This document shows positions 42,072 to 51,591 of a stretch of DNA of 53,174 nucleotides, one piece after another. Numbering within the stretch: position 1 is the stretch's first letter; each line of letters starts with the position of its first letter. A program made the position numbers and the translations under genes. The stretch comes from Nitrospirota bacterium (lineage in GTDB: Bacteria > Nitrospirota > Thermodesulfovibrionia > SZUA-242), in NCBI GenBank assembly GCA_003235715.1, contig QJVM01000236.1, forward strand, positions 1-53,174, given 5' to 3'. The notes beneath the pieces were generated by a model. It searched no databases. It saw only the letters and a program-made list of their open reading frames with translations, and was not told the DNA's origin.

Positions 42072-44491
42072 CAGTGTCGATGGAGGCGGAGGGAATTCCC
42101 CACCACCGTAAGAGAACTCAGGGCCATGGCTCCCGCCGCCATGATGGGATGTAGCCATCCCGTAATCGCCAGGGGCACGGCCAGCATATTGTAGGCAAAA
42201 GCCCAGAAAAGATTCTGCCGAATCACCCTGTAGGTCCGACGGGTCAGTTCAAGGACGCGCGGGACGAGCATGAGGTCTTCGCGCAGCATCACGGCATCCG
42301 CAGACTCCAGGGCAATGTCATTGGCCCCGCCCACAGCCATTCCCACGCTGGCCTCGGTCAGGGCCGGTGCATCGTTGATGCCGTCCCCGACCATGAGAAC
42401 CTTCTTCCCGGAACCTTCAAGAGCCCGAACGACCTCAGCCTTGCCGACGGGTGAAACGGCTGCGCGGACCTCAGAGATGGCCAGCGTCTGGGCGATAATC
42501 CTGGCCACGGTTTCTGCATCTCCCGTCACCATCATCGTATCCAGCCCCATGGATTTAAGCCGGGCCACCATGGGCAGCGCTTCGGGTCGAACCTCATCGG
42601 ACAGATGAAAGAATCCGGCCAGGCGACCGTTCATGGCAAGAAAAACCCTGGAATGGGCGGGGTTTTCGGGCAGGACAGCATCCGGACCTTCCAGGGGCTC
42701 CATATCCACACCCTGAGACCGAAGGTACGCTTCGGTTCCCACCATTACGGGCAGGCCCGCCACCCTTCCGGAAACACCCTGGCCGGGAAGAGCCACGAAG
42801 TCCTCAACAGGGAGCAGATCCAAGCCTTCTGCCGCCTGGTACAGCGCCTCACCATACGGATGTTCGGAGTTCTGTTCAAGGGACCCAGCCACCCGGAGGG
42901 CCTCTTCGCAAGTCATCCCGAGACCTGTCGCGCTTACGAGTTTTGGCCTCCCGGTGGTCAGAGTGCCCGTCTTATCGAAGACCACCATGGCCGAGCGGGC
43001 CATTTCCTCGACCGTATCGCCCCCTCGCAGGATAATCCCGGAATCGGCCGCCCGGCCGGTTCCCACCAGAATGGCCAGGGGCGTGGCGAGCCCGAGGGCG
43101 CAGGGACACGCGATAACCATGACGGATATGGCGGCCATGAGGGCCTCGGGCGCCGGACGCCCCGAGATCCACCAGCCTGTGAAGGTGAACAGAGCGATCA
43201 GGACGATCAAGGGGACAAAATATCCTGTTATCCGGTCGGCCAGCTTCTGAATGGGAGCCCGGCGGCTCTGGGCCTCCTGGACGGCCGAGACGATACGGGA
43301 AAGCGCCGTATTCCGGCCCACCGCCGTCACCCTGAAACGGAAGGCCCCGAAGCGATTCACGGTTCCGGCGAAGACGTCGTTCCCCACGGTTTTGACGACC
43401 GGACGCGACTCCCCCGTAAGCATGGACTCGTCCACCTCGGAGGTTCCCCACGTGACACAGCCATCTACGGGAATGCGGTTGCCGGGTCGGAGGTCGAGCA
43501 CATCCCCGACGCGGACCGATTCAACCGGGACGGTCTCGCTCCGTTCTCGAGAGGGATCGTCGGTCCCGGCAACGAGGCGGGTGGCCGTACCGGGCACGAG
43601 CGAGAGAAGTCGGGAAATGGCCTCGGTAGACCGCTTCTTTGCCCCAAATTCGATATACCGTCCCAGCAGGACCAGAGTAATGATCATGGCGCAGGTGTCG
43701 AAGTAGACCTCTCGGCCGCGGACCAGCTGCCAGATGCTGAGAAGGTAGGCTGAACCACTCCCCGCGGTGATAAGCACGTCCATATTGAAGCTGCCCTGCT
43801 TCAATCCCCTCCAGGAACCGGAAAGGAAGGGCCAACCGGAGTAAAAGAAAACGGGCGTGGCCAGCACGAGGGCGGTCAGATGAAACAGCGTCCGGAATTG
43901 CGAAGGCATGCCATAAAAGTATCCCGCGTACAAGGCGGCTGAATAGAGCATGAGCTGCATGGAAAAGAAGAGGGCCGTTCCGAGGCGGGTCAGTAATCGC
44001 CGACGTTCGTCTTCCAGGAACTGGTTTTCGCCTGTGAGGTTCAACGGGCGCGGCTGGTATCCCACGTTCGCGATGCGACGAAGGATGTCCGAGAGAGATA
44101 GAGTCGACGGCACCCAGCGTATTCGGGCCCGGTGCGTGGCATAGTTCACCCGGGCCTCACGGATCCCATGGGTCTTCTCGAGGACCTTCTCGGTCAGCCA
44201 GACGCAGGAGGCGCAGCGAATGCCCCCAACCTGCACCTCCACCTCCATGAGGTCCTCCCCGATGGTCCTTACCGTTTCAGCGAAGAGGGCAGGGTCGGTA
44301 TCGAGCCGGACCACGGGACCCGGAGCCCACTTGGAGCGTTTCCGATAGAAAGCCTCGAGGTGTTCCGTGTGAATCATTTCGTACACGCCAAGGCAGGCGT
44401 GACAGCAAAAGACCTTGTCCGAACCTCCAAAGGTCGCGGTGACCGCGCGGTGTGAAGGGAAGGCAATGAGACAATGCTCACAGGTTGGCAT
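42071..44491 (-). CDS. ccoI: Copper-translocating P1B ATPase CcoI/FixI
   Basis: CEHC..FCCHAC N-terminal domain, CASC HMA domain, LTGES, CPCALG, DKTGT, SEHP, GDGINDAP, YN...M..SS. Confidence 0.92.
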   Translation of the reverse strand: MPTCEHCLIAFPSHRAVTATFGGSDKVFCCHACLGVYEMIHTEHLEAFYRKRSKWAPGPVVRLDTDPALFAETVRTIGEDLMEVEVQVGGIRCASCVWLTEKVLEKTHGIREARVNYATHRARIRWVPSTLSLSDILRRIANVGYQPRPLNLTGENQFLEDERRRLLTRLGTALFFSMQLMLYSAALYAGYFYGMPSQFRTLFHLTALVLATPVFFYSGWPFLSGSWRGLKQGSFNMDVLITAGSGSAYLLSIWQLVRGREVYFDTCAMIITLVLLGRYIEFGAKKRSTEAISRLLSLVPGTATRLVAGTDDPSRERSETVPVESVRVGDVLDLRPGNRIPVDGCVTWGTSEVDESMLTGESRPVVKTVGNDVFAGTVNRFGAFRFRVTAVGRNTALSRIVSAVQEAQSRRAPIQKLADRITGYFVPLIVLIALFTFTGWWISGRPAPEALMAAISVMVIACPCALGLATPLAILVGTGRAADSGIILRGGDTVEEMARSAMVVFDKTGTLTTGRPKLVSATGLGMTCEEALRVAGSLEQNSEHPYGEALYQAAEGLDLLPVEDFVALPGQGVSGRVAGLPVMVGTEAYLRSQGVDMEPLEGPDAVLPENPAHSRVFLAMNGRLAGFFHLSDEVRPEALPMVARLKSMGLDTMMVTGDAETVARIIAQTLAISEVRAAVSPVGKAEVVRALEGSGKKVLMVGDGINDAPALTEASVGMAVGGANDIALESADAVMLREDLMLVPRVLELTRRTYRVIRQNLFWAFAYNMLAVPLAITGWLHPIMAAGAMALSSLTVVGNSLRLHRH

Positions 44492-45158
44492 GAAAGAGAA
44501 TTCCCCGGGCGATCAGATAGAGGCCGGACAGGACCACCAGAACCCCGCCCATTCGGTAAAGCCGGTTTCTCAGGCTAGTTCCGACCAACAGGGCCAAAGC
44601 GCCGGCCGAGGTCATGGCCGGGACCGTCCCCAGGCCAAACAGGAACATGACCAGTCCGCCCCTGAGCGCATCGGCCGTGCCCGCGGCCGCAATCATGAAG
44701 GTATACGAAAGGCCGCAGGGAAGCAGTCCCAGCCATAGTCCAAGAGGAAGAAAGGCAAGAGCCGTTCGGGGATGTCCCCATCGGCCTGCCAGGCGGGTTA
44801 TCCACCGGCCCTGAATTTCCAGACGCCCGCTCAGTCTTAAGAGACCGGCAATATCCAGACCCATCAACACCATGACCGCCCCGGAAACATACAAAGCCAT
44901 GTTCTGGATATGGGCAAGACGCCCGGTCACATTGACAAAGGACCCGGCCGCGCCCATGGCCGCTCCAAGAGCCGAATAGGTCAGGACCCGGCCCACGTTA
45001 TAGAATGCGACCGAAGCCATACCCGCGGCCGTTCCTTCCCGTGAACTTTTCAGGGAGACCGCTGAGACGATGGGTCCGCACATCCCGATACAATGTCCGA
45101 AACCTCCAAGCAACCCTCCGGAAACTGCGGCCAGAAAAAGGGGCTCGTTCAGGGTCAT
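44478..45158 (-). CDS. DsbD_2 / TauE-SafE-like cbb3 accessory membrane protein
   Basis: HCIGMCGP, YNVGR, GLLPCGL.Y, FGLGT; ATG 45158 overlaps the upstream stop. Confidence 0.85.
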   Translation of the reverse strand: MTLNEPLFLAAVSGGLLGGFGHCIGMCGPIVSAVSLKSSREGTAAGMASVAFYNVGRVLTYSALGAAMGAAGSFVNVTGRLAHIQNMALYVSGAVMVLMGLDIAGLLRLSGRLEIQGRWITRLAGRWGHPRTALAFLPLGLWLGLLPCGLSYTFMIAAAGTADALRGGLVMFLFGLGTVPAMTSAGALALLVGTSLRNRLYRMGGVLVVLSGLYLIARGILFHANL

Positions 45159-45610
45159 TTCACCGAAAACAGGAACCAGACGTTTCCGGTTACGTCCCCG
45201 ACCTGTACCTGGAGGTCGCCTCGCCAAAGCGTCTTTCCGCTCGGACACTTGGGAATAACCCCCTTTCCCTGGTACAGGCCATTTCCAAGCCCGGAAAGTA
45301 TGGATCGGTTCTCGCCCATAAACATTCCGGGCATGGAAAGATCCAGCGCAACCTGTGCACCATCCACGGGACCGTTGCGGTCAGACAGGGAGACGGTGAA
45401 TTCAAGGTCGGTCATCGCCCGGACGGGCTTGGGAGAGATGTCCAGAGTAACCGCGACGCCTGGAGCGAGCACAGCGGCACAGGCCTGCTCATGAAGGTTG
45501 CAGTCTTCGCCCATTCGAGGCCCTCGGGTGTCTGGTTCTGTGTTTCCGGAACATCCGGACCAGGCCAGAAGGAGAACCAACAGAGGGAGTCGGAATCGTC
45601 GTATAAACAC
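45155..45610 (-). CDS. FixH/YtkA-like putative lipoprotein
   Basis: Lipobox-like AWSGC, DLSMPGM, G.YQG. Confidence 0.65.
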   Translation of the reverse strand: MFIRRFRLPLLVLLLAWSGCSGNTEPDTRGPRMGEDCNLHEQACAAVLAPGVAVTLDISPKPVRAMTDLEFTVSLSDRNGPVDGAQVALDLSMPGMFMGENRSILSGLGNGLYQGKGVIPKCPSGKTLWRGDLQVQVGDVTGNVWFLFSVK

Positions 45611-45623
45611 GTGATAAAGCTCC

Positions 45624-46103
45624 TCAACCCCCGGCTTCGGGAGGGGCGGCGGTCACCATAACATGCCGGACAAAGAAAATCCGGCCAGGGTCCCTGCTCC
45701 ATCGGAAGCGAATCTCCCACCGACCCGTGGACGTGAAAGCGACCTCGCAGGAATACCCGTTTCCTTCTCTCCGGCAGGACGACCCCGGCTGGTCAAAACT
45801 GCTGTTGTCCGTGCGTCCCGCTTCCACGATGAAATCCTCAAGAGGTACGGGAGCCCCCCCCGCATCCCTGATCGAGAAGCGGATGCGGTTCAGGCCCACG
45901 GCATAGCGCGCCTTCTCAACAACTGGATTCCACCCGAGGGCCTCCTTCTGATGCTGTATTTCATCCCACTGGAGCCCGGTTTCGTAAGGGTTTTCCGTAA
46001 CGGTTCCGTCAAAGGTCAGTGTGCCGACCACCAACGCGCCCACAACTGCCAGGAGGGCAAGCATAATGGAGGCGGCCAGCGCCAGTTTCAGCCTGAAAGT
46101 CAT
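45624..46103 (-). CDS. ccoH: FixH/CcoH-family protein
   Basis: N-terminal TM, V.ENPYETGL.W, GRWEI; directly downstream of ccoG. Confidence 0.7.
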   Translation of the reverse strand: MTFRLKLALAASIMLALLAVVGALVVGTLTFDGTVTENPYETGLQWDEIQHQKEALGWNPVVEKARYAVGLNRIRFSIRDAGGAPVPLEDFIVEAGRTDNSSFDQPGSSCRREGNGYSCEVAFTSTGRWEIRFRWSRDPGRIFFVRHVMVTAAPPEAGG

Positions 46104-47287
46104 TCTCGCAGGCCCGTTCGAGGTATTCTGAGCGGGATGGATACCGCACGGTCTCCCGGCGCAGCCGTGGCGGTGAGGACGACCCGGTTCCTATCCGGCT
46201 GAGAACCTCCCCCAAGCGGGCGGATCTGAAGGGTGACTTCCCGGGTCTCGGACGCGGCCAGGGATACGGACGGGAGACTTACGAGGGTACCCCCCTGGGC
46301 GGAGAGCGTTATCTCGAGCGGCCTCTCGCCCCGATTTCGGAGGATGACCCGGTACGGAAAGACGGGAGATACTTCCTGGCGGGACAGGGGCGAACCCACC
46401 TCCCTGCGTGCGAACATTTCAAACGGTGTCCGGACCTGTGCAAGGTGGACCAGAAGGACGAGAAGGACCAGACTTACCGCGCCCAGCAGGAGAACGTTCC
46501 CCCGAAGGAGGCGACTCGTGGTGCCGGGAAGACCAAAGAAGTAATCGATGAGGGTCTCTTTGCCGATTCTTGCGGTCTGCCGTGAACAGGCGTCAATGCA
46601 CTTCGTGCAGTTAATGCAGGCAATGTCCTGTCCAGCGCGGATATCGATCCCTACCGGACAGGCGCGGAGGCACGCTTCACAGTTCATGCATTCGTCCTTA
46701 CGGCGGTCATCAAAGGCGATGACCAGCGTCTGATCGTCGTAAAGAACACTCTGCATCTTGGCATACGGACAGACGGTCTTGCAGAAACGTTGTCTGAGGA
46801 ATGTGAGATCTAGGAAGAGAATGACGGTATGGACGGTCCAGAAACCCCAGAGCACCGGGCCAAGGCGGTTCTGGAGGAGACGATCCAGGAATTCGTAGGG
46901 AGATACAAAGTACCAGATCAGGCTGGCTCCGACCACCAGACTGACCACCAAAACCCATCCATGGGACGCCAGGCGTTTCAAGGGAGTCCGGGAAGACACG
47001 ACCTGGCCCGTCAGGTCGGAAAGCACCGTCTGTGGGCACACCCAGCCGCACCATATCCGGCCCATCAGAACCGTGAAAAGGCCTATGAGAAAAAGGACCA
47101 GAAGAAGGGCGAGCAGGACAAGAAAGAACTCCTGCATCCAGACCGTGGTTCCGAACAGATGAAGACGGAGGCTCGGGATATCGAAACGGAACGCGCTTTC
47201 ACCCCGAATGCGAATAAAGGGCAGACCCAGCAGAACGAGGGCCTGGCCCCATGCCGCCGCGCGCCTGTACGGCGCGTATCGCGTCAA
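46100..47287 (-). CDS. ccoG: CcoG/FixG 4Fe-4S membrane protein
   Basis: GRIWCGWVCPQT, FCKTVCPY, CMNCEACLRACP, CINCTKCIDAC. Confidence 0.92.
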   Translation of the reverse strand: MTRYAPYRRAAAWGQALVLLGLPFIRIRGESAFRFDIPSLRLHLFGTTVWMQEFFLVLLALLLVLFLIGLFTVLMGRIWCGWVCPQTVLSDLTGQVVSSRTPLKRLASHGWVLVVSLVVGASLIWYFVSPYEFLDRLLQNRLGPVLWGFWTVHTVILFLDLTFLRQRFCKTVCPYAKMQSVLYDDQTLVIAFDDRRKDECMNCEACLRACPVGIDIRAGQDIACINCTKCIDACSRQTARIGKETLIDYFFGLPGTTSRLLRGNVLLLGAVSLVLLVLLVHLAQVRTPFEMFARREVGSPLSRQEVSPVFPYRVILRNRGERPLEITLSAQGGTLVSLPSVSLAASETREVTLQIRPLGGGSQPDRNRVVLTATAAPGDRAVSIPLRIPRTGLRE

Positions 47288-47427
47288 TCATCCTCCTCCA
47301 TCATCCTGTACTTGGGCTCTTCGACGCTCCTGCGACGCCGGCGGGCATAGTAGTGGACGATGATAATGGCCAGCGCGATGACGAGGGTCAGGCCGAAGAG
47401 AAAGTAGATGATGCTCTGACCGGCCAC
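47284..47427 (-). CDS. ccoQ: cbb3 oxidase small subunit, CcoQ-like (47 aa)
   Basis: Not in the ORF track. Hand translation (V/M)AGQSIIYFLFGLTLVIALAIIIVHYYARRRRRSVEEPKYRMMEEDD gives a single TM; stop overlaps the ccoG TTG start. Confidence 0.7.
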   Translation of the reverse strand: MAGQSIIYFLFGLTLVIALAIIIVHYYARRRRRSVEEPKYRMMEEDD

Positions 47428-47447
47428 GATAATTCAGGCGTACCGGA

Positions 47448-47633
47448 CTACTTCCCGAGGGATTCCTCGTAGGCCGAGGCCTGGGTCCATCCGCTGATGG
47501 CCGGGGTGTACTGCACAAAATAATAGATTCCCCAGACGATGAGACCGATATACAGCATGAGCCATCCCAACGGAAGCTTCTTCGCCGTAGCCTTGGCCTC
47601 GAATTCCTGGATATTGTCAAAATCTTCTTCCAT
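47448..47633 (-). CDS. Stand-alone CcoP N-terminal membrane domain
   Basis: DNIQEF...KLPLGW..LY...IVWGIYY resembles FixP_N; no CxxCH. Confidence 0.75.
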   Translation of the reverse strand: MEEDFDNIQEFEAKATAKKLPLGWLMLYIGLIVWGIYYFVQYTPAISGWTQASAYEESLGK

Positions 47634-47644
47634 AGGCGCCTCCG

Positions 47645-48562
47645 CTATTTCTGAATCATCCGGATATAGGCAATAAGCTCCCAGATTTGCTTCTGGGTGA
47701 GGGCATTGCCAAAAGGCGGCATGCCTCCCTTGGCCGGCCGGCCGGCATATTCGAGGCCGGGCTGTGTTCCATTCGTGATGATGGCAAAGATGACCTTGTC
47801 ATCGATGTCGCCCTCGACGCCGAGCCACACCTTGTCCCGCAAGGACGGGCCAATCACCCCTTCGCCGGTCTTTCCGTGGCACGCGGAGCACTGGTGTTCG
47901 AAGGTTTCCTCTCCCGCATGCTCAAGCGCTTCGTGATCACCGAGTTCTTCCATCGTAACTTCTCCGGCTTCGGCGCTCTCCACGACAGGGGGAACCGCAT
48001 GGCCGAGGTAGAGCATATAGGCGACCAGAGCATCCATCTCTGTCTTGCCTTCCAGTTCAGCAATCTCGGCCTCGGAGTAGGCCAGGCCCTGAGCTTTCAT
48101 CCGCCCCTCGACCGAAGTCTGGTCCAGCGGGTTGCCGGTCAGGAAGGCATAGGAGGGCATATTCGATTGGGGTTCGATGGACTGCGGATCCTCGAAATGC
48201 ATGTAATGCCACATGTCCGGGTACTTCAGGCCAACGCGGGCGAGGTCCGGCCCGGTCCGCTTGGAGCCCCAGAGATGGGGACGGTCAAAGGCAAATTCCC
48301 CCGCCTTGGAGTATTCGCCGTAGCGCATGACCTCGGTGCGAAGTGGCCGCACCGTCTGGGTGTGGCAGTTGTTGCAGCCCTCGCGCTGGTAGACATCCTT
48401 GCCTGCCATTTCCAGGGGCGAATAAACGCGAAGCGCCTCGAGGCGAGGGTGCATCTGGGGGGTGAGCATCGGAATCACCATGGTCACCAGGGTTCCGACC
48501 GCAATGACCAGCACAGACATCAGAATGAAGGCAACGGGTTTACTGTATATCCGACCCGACAT
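47645..48562 (-). CDS. ccoO: CcoO fused to an additional cytochrome c domain
   Basis: EGCNNCHTQ, WGSKRTGPDLAR, SNMP.Y; second heme site CSACHG...IGPSL...GGMP. Confidence 0.9.
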   Translation of the reverse strand: MSGRIYSKPVAFILMSVLVIAVGTLVTMVIPMLTPQMHPRLEALRVYSPLEMAGKDVYQREGCNNCHTQTVRPLRTEVMRYGEYSKAGEFAFDRPHLWGSKRTGPDLARVGLKYPDMWHYMHFEDPQSIEPQSNMPSYAFLTGNPLDQTSVEGRMKAQGLAYSEAEIAELEGKTEMDALVAYMLYLGHAVPPVVESAEAGEVTMEELGDHEALEHAGEETFEHQCSACHGKTGEGVIGPSLRDKVWLGVEGDIDDKVIFAIITNGTQPGLEYAGRPAKGGMPPFGNALTQKQIWELIAYIRMIQK

Positions 48563-48574
48563 GGCCTGACCTCC

Positions 48575-49975
48575 CTAAACCCCGGCCCCGGCCATGCGTT
48601 GTTTGCCCTGGTGCATGGTCATGAGCACGTTGTAGATGAAGAAGAGCATCCCCACGGTAAAGATGAGGCCGGAGACCGTCCGCATCTGCCAATAGGGGTA
48701 GTTGGGAACCAGCGTTTCCATAAACGTATATTTCAGCGTGCCGTCCGGGTTCACGGCCTTCCACATGGCGCCCTGTTGAATGCCGGTGATCCACATGGTG
48801 ATGGAGAACATAAGTTGCCCGATGAGGACCAGCCAGAAATGCGTGTTGGCCACCTTGATGCTGTAAATCTCGGTTTTGTAGATCTTTGGGACCACGTAAT
48901 AAATCGATGCGCAGACGGTCATGGTGACCCAGCCCATGGTCCCCATGTGGACATGACCCGGCACCCAGTCGGTGTAATGGATGAGTTGGCTCACGGTGCG
49001 CAGACCCTGGCTCGGTCCCTGTATGGTCTGCAGGCCGTAGAAGGTGATCCCCCAGAGAAAGAACTTGGTGAGGTAGTTGGTTCGCATGGCGGACCAGTCG
49101 GAACCCACCGTGTAATACCCGTTCACCACGGACCCCCAGGAGGGAGCGATCAGGAATATGGTGAAGATGATCGCCAGGGTCTGAATCCAGTCCGGGACGG
49201 GTGTGTACACCAGGTGATGGGCCCCCGTCCAGAGATAGGCAAAGACCACGGACCAGAAGGAAATGATCGAAAGCCGGTGACTGTAGATCGGAATACCGGT
49301 CGATTTCGGGAGAAAGTAATAGAACATGGCCAGGATAGGTGTGGTCAGCAGAAAACCCACAACGTTGTGGCCGTACCACCAGGCTACGTTGGCGCTGTTC
49401 ACCCCGGCAAAAACCTGATAGGACTTGAAAAGATCGGCCGGTACCGCAAGGTTGTTCACGATATAGAGGATCGCCACCGCGACGATGCTCGCAATTACGT
49501 ACCACAGGGAAATGTACATCTGGTCTTCCTTGCGCTTGATGATGGTTCCGAACACGACAATGGCAAAGATCACCCAGAGAATCACCACACCGACATCCAA
49601 GGGCCACTCCAGTTCCGCATATTCCACGGACTGGTTCATCCCGGCCAGGAGACTGAGAGCCACGAGCACCATGGCGACGTTAAAGAGATACAGATGGAAG
49701 CGGGCGAGTTTGGGGAGAAAGAGCGGCACGCGCGTCAGGCGCATGACGATGTAATACGTGATCCCGAATATGGCCCCGATCCCCAGCCCCACGGCCAGCA
49801 CGTTCGTGTGGAAGACGCGCAACCGGCCGAAGGTGAAATAAGGCGCCACGTTCCACGACGGGAGCCACATCTGGACCGAGATCCAGAGACCGGCGACGAT
49901 ACCGATCACTCCCCAGAAGATTGCGGACAGGATAAAACCGTTTACGGTCTGATTATCGTAACGATAATCATCCAT
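48575..49975 (-). CDS. ccoN: cbb3-type cytochrome c oxidase subunit I
   Basis: FGRLR..HTN, EYAE, WWYGHN, YLWTGAHH, HYTDW..GHVH. Confidence 0.95.
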   Translation of the reverse strand: MDDYRYDNQTVNGFILSAIFWGVIGIVAGLWISVQMWLPSWNVAPYFTFGRLRVFHTNVLAVGLGIGAIFGITYYIVMRLTRVPLFLPKLARFHLYLFNVAMVLVALSLLAGMNQSVEYAELEWPLDVGVVILWVIFAIVVFGTIIKRKEDQMYISLWYVIASIVAVAILYIVNNLAVPADLFKSYQVFAGVNSANVAWWYGHNVVGFLLTTPILAMFYYFLPKSTGIPIYSHRLSIISFWSVVFAYLWTGAHHLVYTPVPDWIQTLAIIFTIFLIAPSWGSVVNGYYTVGSDWSAMRTNYLTKFFLWGITFYGLQTIQGPSQGLRTVSQLIHYTDWVPGHVHMGTMGWVTMTVCASIYYVVPKIYKTEIYSIKVANTHFWLVLIGQLMFSITMWITGIQQGAMWKAVNPDGTLKYTFMETLVPNYPYWQMRTVSGLIFTVGMLFFIYNVLMTMHQGKQRMAGAGV

Positions 49976-50011
49976 GAAGGACCCTCCTTTTCCAGCGAAA
50001 CATTAACCTGA

Positions 50012-50093
50012 TGTATACACGCAAAAAAAACTTTCTGCAAGCAAACAGGGACAAAGGCGGTCCTAATTTTAGGTAATCGGCCAGAAATGTCAA
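50012..50093 (-). promoter_or_regulatory. Tandem candidate sigma70 promoters of the cco operon
   Basis: Minus strand TTGACA-N16-TAAAAT (50093-50066) and TTGCAG-N17-TATACA (50040-50012). Confidence 0.5.
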
Positions 50094-50212
50094 CCCGTAT
50101 CCGAGAGGTCGCCCCTCTCTCCAGAGGTCTTGTCCGCGGGAATGTCGGTGACGGAAGAACCGGAAACAGCTCTGCAGGAATCGTCCGGATCGGACGGGCG
50201 GAAGGATTCGGG

Positions 50213-51514
50213 CTATTCCTTTTCCCCGAGCTTCGTAAAGACGCGGGTGCAGTTACGACCCGCGTCCTTCGCCTGGTAGAGAGCCTTGTCGGCGTCACGG
50301 AGGAGGTTGTGTTCGTTACTGCTCGTCTCGGGGAAGCCCGATACTCCCAGGCTGACGGAAACGGAGAGAGGGCCCTGCGGCGCATGGTATACGACGGAAT
50401 CCTGAAAGCCTACCCGGATTCGCTCTGCCATGATCTCCGCATCCTTTAAACCGGTTTCCGGGCAGATGACGGCGAACTCCTCTCCCCCATACCGGGCCAC
50501 GTGGTCGGTGGGCCGTACTCTCTGGGCCAGGATGCGGGCCACGGCCCTTAGAACCTCGTCGCCAATCTGATGTCCGAAGCTGTCGTTCACGGACTTGAAA
50601 TGGTCAACATCCAGGAAGATGAGGGACAGAGGATGTCCGTAGCGGTCCGAACGGGTGATCTCGATTTGGAGGCGCTTGTGAAATTCGCGCGCATTAAGCA
50701 GAAGGGTCAGGTCATCGCGGGAAGCCATTTCATTAAGAACCTTGTAGGTGCGATCAAGCCTTTCGGCCATGGAATTGAACGCGAGGGCCAACTCGCCGAG
50801 TTCGTCCGAGGATTTGACCGGAATGCGGTAGTCCAGGTCCTTGGCCGCCAGCCGCTGTGTTCCCTCCATCAGTTCACGAACCGGGCTGAGGATGCTTCGA
50901 ACCATGGAAATTCCCGATAACGCTCCGAGCCCAATTCCCAGAAGAAGGAGCGCCCCCATGTTATAGAGCATGCTGTGGCTGATGGCATAGGCCTCGTTTT
51001 TGACGGCCCGCAGCTCGTCCTCGGCAATACGGATCAGGTCGTCCAGGTTGTGGAGCACTTCAGAGACCTGGATGTCAAACTGTTTGCCGTAGCTCCGGGC
51101 GACCGCCGGGGGGTCATCGAGTGCACCGGCAAAGATAGTCTCGGCAAGCCCTGCGGAAAGCTTCCAGTGATTCTTGGCCTGTTCCAGAAACCGATATTCC
51201 TCCTCCTGTTCAAAGTTTCCCTTTTGCGTGAGGAGCGAAAACGTCCGTTCGATTCTTTCGTCGGCCCGGCGAAAGGCCTCGATGGAGGAAGGTTCCACGC
51301 TGACGAGGTAATCGTGCAGAATGACCGTGGCTTCGGAAACGGTTCTCTGGACGGTACGGACCGGTCCCAATTCCTTGGTGACCTCGGCCAGGGTCCGGTC
51401 GAAGAAACGGGATACGGAACCCGCATACACAAAGACGATGATGGAGACCGCCACGAGAGGCAGGAGCGTGACGGTGGTGCCAATGATGAATCGAGCTCTG
51501 AGTTTAATTCTCAT
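50213..51514 (-). CDS. Membrane diguanylate cyclase (periplasmic helical sensor, HAMP, GGDEF)
   Basis: Two TM segments, HAMP DELGELA..FN.M, DVDHFK..ND..GH, RPTD I-site, GGEEF; alternative start 51586. Confidence 0.92.
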   Translation of the reverse strand: MRIKLRARFIIGTTVTLLPLVAVSIIVFVYAGSVSRFFDRTLAEVTKELGPVRTVQRTVSEATVILHDYLVSVEPSSIEAFRRADERIERTFSLLTQKGNFEQEEEYRFLEQAKNHWKLSAGLAETIFAGALDDPPAVARSYGKQFDIQVSEVLHNLDDLIRIAEDELRAVKNEAYAISHSMLYNMGALLLLGIGLGALSGISMVRSILSPVRELMEGTQRLAAKDLDYRIPVKSSDELGELALAFNSMAERLDRTYKVLNEMASRDDLTLLLNAREFHKRLQIEITRSDRYGHPLSLIFLDVDHFKSVNDSFGHQIGDEVLRAVARILAQRVRPTDHVARYGGEEFAVICPETGLKDAEIMAERIRVGFQDSVVYHAPQGPLSVSVSLGVSGFPETSSNEHNLLRDADKALYQAKDAGRNCTRVFTKLGEKE

Positions 51515-51591
51515 CGGGGTGATCGGGTGGCCAGACAAGCATAACCGATTCGGTGTTCTTCCTGTGTCGGAAATCGCATCGGCCACCCTCC

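Noticed and set aside
47288-47620. 110-aa minus-strand ORF spanning the CcoP stub and ccoQ
   Set aside because: Two short membrane-protein ORFs in other frames explain the region better.
47687-50011. 774-aa plus-strand ORF
   Set aside because: Antisense shadow of ccoN/ccoO with no motifs; long antisense frames are expected from high-GC codon bias.
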